DNA from: an uncultured Cytophagia bacterium
GTDB taxonomy: Bacteria > Zhuqueibacterota > Zhuqueibacteria > Thermofontimicrobiales > Thermofontimicrobiaceae
Assembly (NCBI GenBank): GCA_964647995.1
Contig: CAZYNP010000004.1
Coordinates: 124,422 to 188,421, forward strand
Reading direction: 5' to 3'
Length of the DNA stretch: 64,000 nt
Part shown: positions 11,015 to 20,432 of the stretch, piece by piece
Numbering within the stretch: the stretch's first letter is position 1
Layout of the letters: the number at the start of each line of letters is the position of its first letter
The notes under the pieces: model-generated
The model's input: only the letters and a program-made list of their open reading frames with translations
What the model was told of the DNA's origin: nothing
The model's database searches: none
Position numbers and translations under genes: made by a program

Positions 11015-13078
11015 ATGGCAGAAATCAAAAGCAGTTCTTCCGCAACAGGTCCTCGTTATCAACCCTATGTCCCCGCCAGCACCAGCATGAAGGAATTCAC
11101 CCTCCGCGCATTGCTGATCGGTTTAGTGATGGCGGTGGTTCTTGGCGCGGCCAACGTGTATCTGGGATTGAAAGCCGGTATGACCATCGCCGCGACCTAT
11201 CCTGCTGCAGTGATTGGCATGGCCATTCTGCGAGTGGTAAAAGGCAATATTCTTGAAGAGAATTTTGCCCGTACCGTCGGTTCCATCGGCGAATCAGTGG
11301 CCGCAGGGGCCATCTTTACCATCCCGGCGTTTTTCCTGGCGGGCATCTGGAAGGAGTTCGTTACCACCGGGCACTACCTGCAATCCGCAGCCATCATGCT
11401 CGTGGGTGGCGTCCTGGGCATCATGTTTGTGGCGCTGCTGCGCCGGGTGATGGTGGAAGACGCCGAATTACCCTTCCCGGAATCGGTCGCAGCCGCGGAA
11501 ATCCACAAGGCGGGTCGTGCGGGTGGCACCGGCGCCAAATTTCTGTTCAGTGCCATGGGTATTGGTGCGTTCATTCAAACGCTGGCTTCGTTGAATCTAT
11601 TCAAGACTACCTGGGAACACTTCGTACCTTTTGCCAAAAAAAGCATCGGTTTGCTCTCCAGTGGCAGCGCAACCGGCCAGAGCGGTTTGTTGCTTAGTTC
11701 TCCCGGCGTAAAGCCGGCCTACATTGGCGTGGGCTACATCATCGGTCCCAAACTTGCATCACTGAACTTTAGCGGCGGCCTATTGGCGTGGGGACTTTTT
11801 GTGCCCATTCTCACCTATTTCATCGGTCCTTCCCTGTTCCCTGAAGGTGCTGCGGAAGCTACCTGGGTGGCCATGGCCAATAACGTGTGGAGCCGCATCG
11901 TCCGCCCCATTGCCATCGGCGGCATGCTCATGAGTGCGGGCTATACCCTGTTCCGGATGCGCAACAGCCTGGCGATTGGCATCAAGCGCTCCATCGGTGA
12001 CGTGAAAAAAGCTGCCACAGGCGAGCAGGTGGTGCTCCGGACCGAGCAGGATTTAAAGTTGCAACAGGTGATGATCGGCATTCTGCTCACTGCTGTTGCC
12101 ACCTTTTTTATCTATTACTTTTTTGCTCAAAACGTCGTTGCGGCGCTGGTCGCCATGATTGTGATGATCATTGCTGGCTTTTTCTTTGCCGCAGTATCGG
12201 GCTACCTCGTCGGCATCATCGGGTCGAGCAATAATCCCATCAGCGGCCTGACCATTTCTACGCTGCTGGTTGCGGCCATCCTGATGGTCGTGCTGGGGAT
12301 GAAAGGCGACTTTGGTGTCGCCGCTGTGCTGGGCGTGGCCGCGGTCGTGTGCGTCTCCGCAGCCGTTGCTGGCGAGATGTTGCAGGATTTAAAAGTGGGA
12401 CATATCCTGGGTGGTACCCCCTGGAAAATGCAGGTGGGTGATCTATTAGGTGTCGGGCTATCGGCGCTGGTCATGTTTGTGCCGTTGTTCATTTTGCACC
12501 AGGGCGATATCAATCAGGGCAAATTGGCTGATTCACCGTACGAAGGTGGCTTTGGCAGCGCCAAATTACCAGCCCCGCAAGCCGGGTTGATGGCATTGTT
12601 GGCCAAAGGCATTGTCGGCGGTGAGATGGCGTGGCCGTTGATCATTGTTGGAATGTTTATGGGATTTGGTTTTATTTTGATGCAGGTCAAAAGCCCCATG
12701 CTGGTCAGCGTCGGCATGTATCTGCCCTTGGAAACCACCTTCGCCATTTTCATTGGTGGCTTGATCAAAGGCATCGTCGAAAAAATCAGTTCGGCCCGAC
12801 AGCACAATGACGCGCAGAAAGCACGCATCGAAAATATTGGCATCCTGCTGGCAGCAGGTTTGATTGCTGGGGAGGCGTTGATCGGATTAATCTTCGCCGC
12901 ATTGGCGGTGGGCGAAGTCGATTACGGCAACTTTTTGCCTCGTATTTTCTCGTTCCTGCCGCTGCCGTTTTCGGTCAGCTTGTTGGTTTTCATTTTTATC
13001 GGCTGGATCTTGATCCAATTTCCATTGAAAAACGCCGGCAAAGCGGATGAACCCGCGCCACCAAGTGCAGTGATGTAG
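11015..13078 (+). CDS. OPT-family oligopeptide transporter
   Basis: 687 aa with about 16 predicted TM helices and an OPT-like N-terminal segment (EFTLRALLIGLVMAVVLGAANVYLGLKAGMTIAATYPAAV). An RBS-like GGAGG sits 8 nt upstream. Confidence 0.8.
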   Translation: MAEIKSSSSATGPRYQPYVPASTSMKEFTLRALLIGLVMAVVLGAANVYLGLKAGMTIAATYPAAVIGMAILRVVKGNILEENFARTVGSIGESVAAGAIFTIPAFFLAGIWKEFVTTGHYLQSAAIMLVGGVLGIMFVALLRRVMVEDAELPFPESVAAAEIHKAGRAGGTGAKFLFSAMGIGAFIQTLASLNLFKTTWEHFVPFAKKSIGLLSSGSATGQSGLLLSSPGVKPAYIGVGYIIGPKLASLNFSGGLLAWGLFVPILTYFIGPSLFPEGAAEATWVAMANNVWSRIVRPIAIGGMLMSAGYTLFRMRNSLAIGIKRSIGDVKKAATGEQVVLRTEQDLKLQQVMIGILLTAVATFFIYYFFAQNVVAALVAMIVMIIAGFFFAAVSGYLVGIIGSSNNPISGLTISTLLVAAILMVVLGMKGDFGVAAVLGVAAVVCVSAAVAGEMLQDLKVGHILGGTPWKMQVGDLLGVGLSALVMFVPLFILHQGDINQGKLADSPYEGGFGSAKLPAPQAGLMALLAKGIVGGEMAWPLIIVGMFMGFGFILMQVKSPMLVSVGMYLPLETTFAIFIGGLIKGIVEKISSARQHNDAQKARIENIGILLAAGLIAGEALIGLIFAALAVGEVDYGNFLPRIFSFLPLPFSVSLLVFIFIGWILIQFPLKNAGKADEPAPPSAVM

Positions 13079-13090
13079 CAGAGTTTCGTT

Positions 13091-13126
13091 ATCATCAGAG
13101 AGGCAGCGCTGCCTCTCTGATGATAA
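13091..13126. repeat. perfect 16-bp inverted repeat (hairpin) directly after the OPT gene
   Basis: atcatcagagaggcag-cgct-ctgcctctctgatgat. No T-tract follows on either strand, so it is not a canonical intrinsic terminator. It may be a protein-binding palindrome or a REP-like element. Confidence 0.5.
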
Positions 13127-13320
13127 AAATTAGATCCCAAACCATGCCTCCAGCTACTGGAGATCTTAATTCCATTTTTTAATTTTAAATGGGGCGTTCA
13201 TTCTATCAATAAGCCTATTCTGGAATCGGTCGGACTGGGACAGAGAGCGATAGACTTGAGCTACCACAGTGAAGGCAAGGAAAGTAATTCAGCAGCGCAG
13301 TTCATGCAACACCCTATCAA

Positions 13321-13734
13321 GTGAATCGCAATCAAGCGGGCCATCATCGTATTGCCATGAGACAACCGACAAGGAACCTTTTCGATCTTATCCCAATCAC
13401 AACTATTCCAAGCGAAACCGCCAGCGATGGCCGGGTCACACTGCTTAAGCCGAAATTCCGCCATCGACTGCTGGTAAAATATCTGCTGCCGCGACTGAAA
13501 GCACCTTATTTCAAGATCACCCTGGATCGATATGGCAGCTTTGTGTGGCAGCAATGTAACGGCAGTTTTAATGTCAAACAAATAGCGAATCTCTTTCAGG
13601 AAAAATTTCCGGAAGACGCAGCGCAGGCCGAGGAGCGCGTGGCCATGTTTCTGCAACATTTGCAGCGCTTGCAAGCAGTAGAATTTCGCTCCGGTCAAAT
13701 TCAATCATTGACCAATAATTCATCAACCAACTGA
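13321..13734 (+). CDS. PqqD-family protein (RRE-type peptide chaperone-like)
   Basis: 137 aa with a PqqD-like core LDRYGSFVWQQCNGSFNVKQIANLFQEKFPEDAAQAEERVAMFLQHLQRLQAVEF. The true start may be the internal Met (MRQPTRNL). Confidence 0.55.
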   Translation: MNRNQAGHHRIAMRQPTRNLFDLIPITTIPSETASDGRVTLLKPKFRHRLLVKYLLPRLKAPYFKITLDRYGSFVWQQCNGSFNVKQIANLFQEKFPEDAAQAEERVAMFLQHLQRLQAVEFRSGQIQSLTNNSSTN

Positions 13735-13800
13735 TTAACTTAACTGATTTCGATTCGGCAAACTCCTCCTTGGGGGGAGGAAAATCAATTCGTAGCAGCA

Positions 13801-14754
13801 ATGGCCAAATTAGAAAAAGCCATCCATAAACTCTTCGCCGACTGCCTAAAAATAGTTCCTGGCGATTCCTGTTTGATTCTGGTGGACCCGGGCACCTGCC
13901 AACTGGGGGAGATGATATTCAAAAATTTCCCGCGCATCAGGGCTGAGGTGGCGCTGTTGGAAGTTCAGCCCTTCAACGCGAATCAGATCGAACCGCCCGC
14001 CGCCATCTTGAACATGCTCAAGCAAATGTCGGCGATCGTGGCTTTTACTTCTAACTCGTTGATCCATTCCAACGCGTTGAAACACCTCTGTCATAACGGC
14101 GCGCGCGTGCTGTGTCTGGAGCCCATGTCGTCCGAAGCCTTTGTTCGCGTCATTAATACCGATTATCAATTTATCGAACTCAAAAGCCGGCGCCTGGCCG
14201 ACCTCTTTTCCATCGGGCACAAGATTCAAGTGCTTACCGCAGCCGGCACCGATCTGACCATTCCCATCGCCCGACATCGGGGGATGGCCAATACCGGTGT
14301 GGTTCATGAGCCGGGTAATTTTAGCCTGTTGCCCGCAGGTGAAGCAGCCATCACTCCCGATCTGCATGGGACAGAGGGGGTCATCGTGGTGGATGGTTCC
14401 ATTCCAGCATTGGGATTGCTGCAAAATCCCATTGAGCTCAAAGTCAAAAGCGGCTATACCTATCAAATTACGGGCGGCGAGGAAGCTGAAAAATTGCGCA
14501 AGATCCTGAAACCATTTGGGAAGCTGGGCCGCAACATCGCCGAATTCGGCATCGGAACCAATCCCCACGCCCTCCTGACCGGGCAATCGCTCGAAGATGA
14601 AAAGGTGCTGAGCACTGCGCATTTTGCCCTGGGGCATCACGTCTACGAAGGGGGACGATTGAAAGGAAAACTCCATCTGGATCTGATCATCAAAACACCG
14701 ACCATCACCATCGACGGCCGAATTATCATGGACGCCGGCAAGTTGTTGATCTAA
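13801..14754 (+). CDS. M29-family aminopeptidase (AmpS/PepS-like)
   Basis: 317 aa. The C-terminal region EFGIGTNPHALLTGQSLEDEKVLSTAHFALG...KLHLDLIIKTPTITIDGRIIMDAG resembles aminopeptidase T/S. Confidence 0.7.
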   Translation: MAKLEKAIHKLFADCLKIVPGDSCLILVDPGTCQLGEMIFKNFPRIRAEVALLEVQPFNANQIEPPAAILNMLKQMSAIVAFTSNSLIHSNALKHLCHNGARVLCLEPMSSEAFVRVINTDYQFIELKSRRLADLFSIGHKIQVLTAAGTDLTIPIARHRGMANTGVVHEPGNFSLLPAGEAAITPDLHGTEGVIVVDGSIPALGLLQNPIELKVKSGYTYQITGGEEAEKLRKILKPFGKLGRNIAEFGIGTNPHALLTGQSLEDEKVLSTAHFALGHHVYEGGRLKGKLHLDLIIKTPTITIDGRIIMDAGKLLI

Positions 14755-14819
14755 TTCCGATCGAACCCCCCGCCTTCTGTGCCAATTTCAATCGAATTTT
14801 CGCCGTCAATAGCCCACGC

Positions 14820-16253
14820 TCACGGTTCAAACGGCTGACTTTGGTCCAGGCAACGATCACATTCACCCCGCCGACAGTATAGTTTGAATAGATGCAGCAG
14901 TCCCTGCTGCAACGCAGCGGTTTGGATCGGCCGGTTCGCTTTCTCTTCAGCACTGAACAAGGTGTTGATCATCTGGGTGACAATGGAATTATTCGATTGA
15001 CGCGGATAGAGCTCGTAAATATGCCAGATTTTTTCCATCAACGCCGATGCGCCGATCTCTTTACCATGTGCCAATAGCACTGGCAGCACCACATTGATCA
15101 CGATTTCGCGGGCACGCTCCGGACCAACCAGCGTCGCAGATCGACCATCTTCGAGTGGCGATAGATTGTCCTCAAGCTGATAGTGATTGGCCCAATAGCC
15201 ACTCGTTTGACAAATAAAACACTTCTCCAGGCGATTGATCAACTGTCGGGGCTGTTGCTCAGCGTTGGCTACCAAACGATATAATGGTTCCAGGATGCCA
15301 GTGGCCAGAAACGGCTGCAGAATCAAACAGGCGCCAGCCAGCCTTCGGGTGGGAAAATTCGAAGGCCGCATTCTAAAAAATTGCCACTGCTCGCGGCGCA
15401 TCGGTTCCAGGCCCAGCCGTTCTGAAAATTCCCGCCAGGCTTCCTCCAATTGGGGAATGTACTCCTGCGTTTCGCTGTCCTTGATTTTTCGCCAGTCAAA
15501 CGTGGGATCCTGACTGGGCAGCAGTCCCGCCAGCCCCAGCAAAATCCCCAGCGGCCGTCCCAGCATGCCCTCGGCGGAAAGCGGTTGAAATTCCAGCGCC
15601 ACGGCTTCGAAGGGAAATAGATGTGCCAATTGCCGAAATGGTACTTGATTTTTCACATAGCCTAATGCTTCCATCATGCCAACATATAGAATCTGATTCC
15701 AGGAGCAGGTCTCTCGCAGTTCGGCAAAGCGATCGGCCTTGTCCTGCAGGCGCTGGTGCCCCCAATATTCAATCAATTTCAATTTATAGTCGATGCTTTT
15801 TAGGCGATGTGGACAGGAGCGTGCGGGCAAAGTTGGCGAGACGCCCAACTGATACTGTTGGTGCAAGGCAAAAAATTTCTCTTCGGGGATATCAACAAAC
15901 ACCTGGGCGACCACCGCATGTCGGTTCAAGCGAATGGCAGGCTCCGACGTATCCACCGGCCCGATGACCAGATGCATGATAACATTGTTATAAGCGGGAT
16001 CGGCATGATGGCTATGCTGATACCAGTCATCTGGCGCCCGATGTATCTCCAGATCGCCCTGATAAAGCGTATCGTCAAGTCGTATGGTGATGTTTTTGAA
16101 ATCCGGGCCAGCATCATCATTCCGTTGGCCCAGCGAAACAATGCCCACGATCTGTCCGTCGATCGTGGTGAGAGGAATCGAGGCAAAATAGCCGCGCTCC
16201 CATAATTGGTAGATCAACTGCTCGGCAATCACACTGCGATCATCCACCTTCAT
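14820..16253 (-). CDS. conserved hypothetical protein, DUF2851-like
   Basis: 477 aa ending in a CxxC...C cluster (CRRGECDRCLDQS). Family recalled from memory; function unknown. Confidence 0.5.
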   Translation of the reverse strand: MKVDDRSVIAEQLIYQLWERGYFASIPLTTIDGQIVGIVSLGQRNDDAGPDFKNITIRLDDTLYQGDLEIHRAPDDWYQHSHHADPAYNNVIMHLVIGPVDTSEPAIRLNRHAVVAQVFVDIPEEKFFALHQQYQLGVSPTLPARSCPHRLKSIDYKLKLIEYWGHQRLQDKADRFAELRETCSWNQILYVGMMEALGYVKNQVPFRQLAHLFPFEAVALEFQPLSAEGMLGRPLGILLGLAGLLPSQDPTFDWRKIKDSETQEYIPQLEEAWREFSERLGLEPMRREQWQFFRMRPSNFPTRRLAGACLILQPFLATGILEPLYRLVANAEQQPRQLINRLEKCFICQTSGYWANHYQLEDNLSPLEDGRSATLVGPERAREIVINVVLPVLLAHGKEIGASALMEKIWHIYELYPRQSNNSIVTQMINTLFSAEEKANRPIQTAALQQGLLHLFKLYCRRGECDRCLDQSQPFEP

Positions 16254-16658
16254 GGCGTTCCTTACCTCCGGCTAAGTCTGGAACATACCTGAAAATCTTT
16301 TTCGGGTGATTGACTTTTATCAAACAGATCTCCCGGCCGTCAGATCACAACGATTATGCGAAAAGTAACCAACGACCCGGCTTCTTTTGCTAAGCACAGT
16401 AAGCGATAGCAGGATTTTTTTTCGATATCGCTGCTATCCATTCGTCCATTGGCTTGAGGCTACTTGCAGTCATGAATTAGTTACTTTTTCTGGCCGCGCA
16501 TCTCACTCAATCGCTCAACCAGAATAGCAAAAAATTATGAATTAAACGAGCAAACGTCAGTTAGCGCTGATTGCCCATCACTCAGCGGGAGGATAAACCG
16601 ATATAGCTACCCACCGAAACCCAATGGGATGGTTCATGAAATTCATGCCAGAAAAATA

Positions 16659-17834
16659 TCAATGAGAACCAACGCCACTCACTCGGGTGGTATCGACGGC
16701 AGTCGTTTGCGCCGTAACCAAGCCAGTGTGACCGGAAATATAGCCGCGCTCATTGATGACCGCCGGATTTTTGAGCGGTGCTGAAAACCTTCGCAACTGC
16801 GCTAAAACTGTATCCGCTTCGGCTCCCGCCAATCGCCGCGGTTGAAAATGAATCCGCTCATTGTTGACACAAACCGGAATCGCTTTGGCATACAACAAGC
16901 CATTTCGGGTCAAGAATGCTTTCAGAATAATGCTCTCGGTGGTTTTGCGGCTATAGGATGAAAACGTGAAGTTGCCCAGACTATAGGCGATCAGCCGATT
17001 GTTATAGATCTCCAGTCCCTGCAGGACGTGGGGATGATGTCCAATCACCAGGTCTGCGCCGTAATCAATGGACTTGTGAGCGATCTGTTTCTGATAATCT
17101 TTGGGATAATTCGCCAATTCGGCACCCCAATGGAAGGTTACGATGGTGATATCGGCCAGAGTATCGCATTGCTGAATGCTTTTTTTCAACAGATGTTCAT
17201 GAGGGAAAACCGTGCCGCCATGCTGTCGGTTTGCCCAAAACTCCTCCGGAAAAGTGAGGGAATAACCGAGTACCGCTATGCGATAGCCATTTCGTTCCAA
17301 AATGGCGGGTTTGATTGCCTCCGCATAGGTCGCTCCCGCCCCGCAATGGGCAATGCCCAGCGAATCCAGGGTGCTGATAGTATTTTTCAGCGCCTCCATG
17401 CCAAAATCGAGAATGTGATTATTGGCCAGAGTTACCACATCGATACCGGCGTGAAGCAAGCTCGGGGCATATTTGGGCGGCACCTTGAAAGTAAATTTTT
17501 TATCAAAACGGGTGCCGGTATTGGAGAAGGCCGCTTCCAGGTTGCCCATGGTCAAATCGGCTTCGGCCAGTATCTGCCGGGTGCTATCGAAGGGATAGTT
17601 GACGCCATATTGCTCCATGTATTGAGGCGTTACTTCGCCCAGCATAATGTCGCCAACCGCAGCAATCGAAATGAACGGCGGTGATAGCTTCTCGAACAGA
17701 AGCGGCAGACGTCGCGGCGGTTCTTTCCCCTGCGGCTTGAAAACAAAAGGTGGCGCCAGTTGAACAACTGGTTTCACATTGTGGCATGCCCAAACAACCA
17801 GCATTATTATCAGAACCAGAATGTTCTTTTTCAT
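16659..17834 (-). CDS. CapA-family protein (PGA_cap metallophosphatase-like)
   Basis: 391 aa with an N-terminal signal/TM, then AAVGDIMLG...ADLTMGNLE...GIDVVTLANNHILDFG...VIGHHPHVLQGLEIY, characteristic of CapA/PgsA. Confidence 0.8.
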   Translation of the reverse strand: MKKNILVLIIMLVVWACHNVKPVVQLAPPFVFKPQGKEPPRRLPLLFEKLSPPFISIAAVGDIMLGEVTPQYMEQYGVNYPFDSTRQILAEADLTMGNLEAAFSNTGTRFDKKFTFKVPPKYAPSLLHAGIDVVTLANNHILDFGMEALKNTISTLDSLGIAHCGAGATYAEAIKPAILERNGYRIAVLGYSLTFPEEFWANRQHGGTVFPHEHLLKKSIQQCDTLADITIVTFHWGAELANYPKDYQKQIAHKSIDYGADLVIGHHPHVLQGLEIYNNRLIAYSLGNFTFSSYSRKTTESIILKAFLTRNGLLYAKAIPVCVNNERIHFQPRRLAGAEADTVLAQLRRFSAPLKNPAVINERGYISGHTGLVTAQTTAVDTTRVSGVGSH

Positions 17835-17861
17835 AGCTCACTTTTTCGATTAATTAAAAGC

Positions 17862-17890
17862 CCCACTCGATGAATCCGTGGGGCGCAATT
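17862..17890 (-). terminator. putative intrinsic terminator downstream of the 123-aa coiled-coil gene
   Basis: On the minus strand: gccccacggattcatcgagtggggc followed by ttttaatt. Confidence 0.5.
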
Positions 17891-17962
17891 CAAATAATAA
17901 GCAACACTAACTTAGCTGAAGAGCTGAAAATTCACCAGAGCAGGCCTGCGGCAAGGGTTATT

Positions 17963-18334
17963 TTACCCCTTGGCCTTGCCTTCTTCGGCTTCGGCATCTT
18001 TTTTGACCAACTCATCAAGGTCTTCGGGTGGTTTGCCATACTCGGCCCGAACGCGGTCCAGCTCTTCTTTTTTCTGTTTGAGCTGTTCATTCAAATTCTG
18101 GATGCCCGTGATGAGTTGTTGCACTTCGTCATTGGCGGCAATTTTGGTATCTTTCAGTTCGACCAGCAATTGATAGGTTTTGCCACCGAGCTCATTGAAC
18201 TTTTTGTCGATCTCTCTTTTGATGCCGATAATATCCACTTTGATTTTACCGATCTTGGTATACTCATCGGTTTTGCGAGCCAGAACGCCAATGCCCTTTT
18301 TGAATGCATTGGTCAGATCATCAACAAGTCCCAT
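17963..18334 (-). CDS. hypothetical coiled-coil protein
   Basis: 123 aa, charged with heptad character. It has a good RBS (GGAGGAG), a TTGACA-17-TAAATT promoter-like element about 60 nt upstream, and its own terminator. Confidence 0.6.
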   Translation of the reverse strand: MGLVDDLTNAFKKGIGVLARKTDEYTKIGKIKVDIIGIKREIDKKFNELGGKTYQLLVELKDTKIAANDEVQQLITGIQNLNEQLKQKKEELDRVRAEYGKPPEDLDELVKKDAEAEEGKAKG

Positions 18335-18539
18335 AATCTCCTCCTCTCAAAAGGTATTTAGGGGTCACCAGTGAATAAATGAGTCTTCATTTTTCCACCA
18401 GACAACTTGGCTTTTGAAGCGCTGCAATTTAATGAGAAATCTCCTAAATGTCAAGCTAAAAAATGAGATCACCATCTTTCGCTCTTGTGGCAGATGAATG
18501 GTGGAGATGGTTCGCAACATCCGTTTCAAACTCAAGCAG

Positions 18540-18720
18540 CCGCTGGTTGCATTCATCCGCCCGGCAGAGGGGTGCTTTTTCCCCAAATTCATCGCTAAAA
18601 AACAGAGCCACCAGGCGCGCGCTCTGATCAGGCGCTGAGCGGTGGAGCATCCTGAGTGGGTCAAGCCACCAGGCGCTTCGGTGTTACGGATCATTCTTTT
18701 AGAATCACGATTGCCTCGAA
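18540..18720 (-). ncRNA. candidate structured small RNA or terminator element in the 410-nt cdsA/coiled-coil-gene intergenic region
   Basis: GC-rich and palindrome-rich: a 12-nt direct repeat gccaccaggcgc occurs twice 60 nt apart, the palindrome ctgatcag is present, and on the minus strand the stems end in gctctgtttttt. No long ORF with signals. Not matched to a known RNA family. Confidence 0.2.
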
Positions 18721-18745
18721 CGGTATCTCCCTTTTCAGCATCAGG

Positions 18746-19573
18746 CTAAAAAACGATGTACCGCAGGTACAAATACATCAGTGGGGCGACGAACAGTGGA
18801 GCGTCAAAGCGATCCAGAAAACCACCATGGCCTGGCAATATGGCCGCCGTATCCTTCACCCCGGCATCGCGTTTGAACACCGATTCCACCAGATCACCGA
18901 TTTGGCTCAGCACTCCAATGGCGGCACCAATGATCAAACAATGGATCAAGCTGATCGACTGCACATAAGTTACATGCAACACATACGCGGTGAGAATGGC
19001 AAATAGGAAGCCGGCCACCGCTCCCTCGACGGTTTTGTGCGGACTGACTCGCTGGTACAGCTTATGTTTGCCCAGGGTAGAACCCACAAAATAGGCGGCA
19101 GTATCGCAAATCCAGATCGTGAGCAGCATCAACAACAACCAACTCCCACCGACCGCGTAGTCCAATTGTAGCGAACGGGGCAGCTCGCGAATAAGGATAT
19201 GGAAACCAAAGAAACATGCCGGATAGAAAAAGCCCCAGGTTGTTGCCGCAACATTTAATATCGCTGAACCGTTATTGCGGAACAGCTCTAACAACAGCGT
19301 GACATAAAAAAGCAACGTGATGATCAACCACAGCTTTTCCAGGCCAAACAGATAGAACGAAATGGTGATCAGAACTGTGCCGACCAAACCCAGGATTTTG
19401 AAGGGCCGCATTTGTTTGGACTCGGCCAGGCGATAGAACTCATATTGCGAACGCAAATTAATCACCAGCACCAGTATCACCAATGGCCACCCACCCTTGA
19501 GAATCAGCAAGATGATCAGTGGCGCACCAAACACCGCCACCAGAACCCGTTGCCCCAATTTCCTGAGATCCAA
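18746..19573 (-). CDS. cdsA: phosphatidate cytidylyltransferase
   Basis: 275-aa membrane protein with the CdsA signature SPHKTVEGAVAG...PGHGGFLDRFDAPLF. Confidence 0.85.
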   Translation of the reverse strand: MDLRKLGQRVLVAVFGAPLIILLILKGGWPLVILVLVINLRSQYEFYRLAESKQMRPFKILGLVGTVLITISFYLFGLEKLWLIITLLFYVTLLLELFRNNGSAILNVAATTWGFFYPACFFGFHILIRELPRSLQLDYAVGGSWLLLMLLTIWICDTAAYFVGSTLGKHKLYQRVSPHKTVEGAVAGFLFAILTAYVLHVTYVQSISLIHCLIIGAAIGVLSQIGDLVESVFKRDAGVKDTAAILPGHGGFLDRFDAPLFVAPLMYLYLRYIVF

Positions 19574-19622
19574 TAGTATTTTCCTCCTGTTAGTTTTGGT
19601 TGGATGCAGCTACCAGACGTTG

Positions 19623-19722
19623 AGCAAAGATTAGTATTAGCAATCTTTCACCCCGGAACTGAAGGCAAAATCGAACCAATAATACGTGACCTTGCAAAGA
19701 TTAGTATTCGCGATCTTTCACC
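19623..19722. repeat. two copies of a 28-nt hairpin element (gcaaagattagtattRgcRatctttcac)
   Basis: Copy 1 is at ~19625-19652 and copy 2 at ~19695-19722; copy 2 overlaps the rlpA stop codon. Each contains the inverted repeat aaagatt/aatcttt. They may be tandem terminators or a small repeat family. Confidence 0.5.
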
Positions 19723-20303
19723 ACTTCAATCGAGACCTGAGTGATTCCCTGTTTGATGAAATCCAGTTTTTCGGCGGCTGCGTAGGATAAATCAATGATA
19801 CGCGACTTCACCCGAGGCCCGCGATCATTGATCCGAACGATCACGCTCTGCTGATTATAGAGGTTGGTGACACGAACCATGGTACCAAATGGAAGCGTTG
19901 GATGAGCCGCGGTCAATTTGGTGGGATCATAAATTTCACCGCTTGCCGTGCGGTTGCCTTTTAACTCCAGCGCATAGTACGATGCCCGGCCCGTCTCGAT
20001 GCCCTGGCTGGGTTTAAATGGCTGGTTGGGCATTTCTTTCGCCTGATCTTCGTCGCTCAAGAAAATAATGCCCTCGCTCTTTTTAAAATCACGCAGCTCT
20101 TCGGGGGGTATTTCGATTTTCTTGCTTTTGGTCTCGGCCTCGCTGGTGCTCTTGGCGACACGCGCCTTTTGCTCTTTCACTCCGGGTTCATCCTTCGCCA
20201 AATAGATGATCCCATCAATTTCGCGGTTCTCTTTTGGCTTTCGGTTGAAAAAAGCACAATTCACCACCAGCAGCATCATGAGCAACATTGCAATTTTGCG
20301 CAT
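19701..20303 (-). CDS. rlpA: septal ring lytic transglycosylase RlpA-family protein (DPBB domain)
   Basis: The DPBB core GRASYYALELKGNRTASGEIYDPTKLTAAHPTLPFGTMVRVTNLYNQQSVIVRINDRGP is present. The start was moved to the internal Met at 20303 (MRKIAMLLMMLL signal peptide), which has a GGAGG RBS; the track ORF began at 20336. Confidence 0.8.
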   Translation of the reverse strand: MRKIAMLLMMLLVVNCAFFNRKPKENREIDGIIYLAKDEPGVKEQKARVAKSTSEAETKSKKIEIPPEELRDFKKSEGIIFLSDEDQAKEMPNQPFKPSQGIETGRASYYALELKGNRTASGEIYDPTKLTAAHPTLPFGTMVRVTNLYNQQSVIVRINDRGPRVKSRIIDLSYAAAEKLDFIKQGITQVSIEVVKDREY

Positions 20304-20432
20304 TGCAACCTCCGTGCACATTGTAAACCAGATCATTTGCTCTCTCGTTGATGGTTAGATTTGGAATTTTCAATTGATAACAGGCGGAGCTGGGTAGCTC
20401 AAATATTCGCCATCACCTCAGTTCCATCCTAC

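Noticed and set aside
13091-13126. Calling the 16-bp perfect hairpin after the OPT gene a rho-independent terminator
   Set aside because: No U-tract follows the stem on either strand, so it is listed only as an inverted repeat.
18400-18720. SRP RNA, RNase P RNA or tmRNA in the cdsA-downstream gap
   Set aside because: I could not find the SRP domain-IV GGAAGCAGCC core, the RNase P AGGGCAGGAAA / ACAGAACCCGGCUUA boxes, or a tmRNA tag reading frame with a tRNA-like end. It is kept only as an unclassified candidate.
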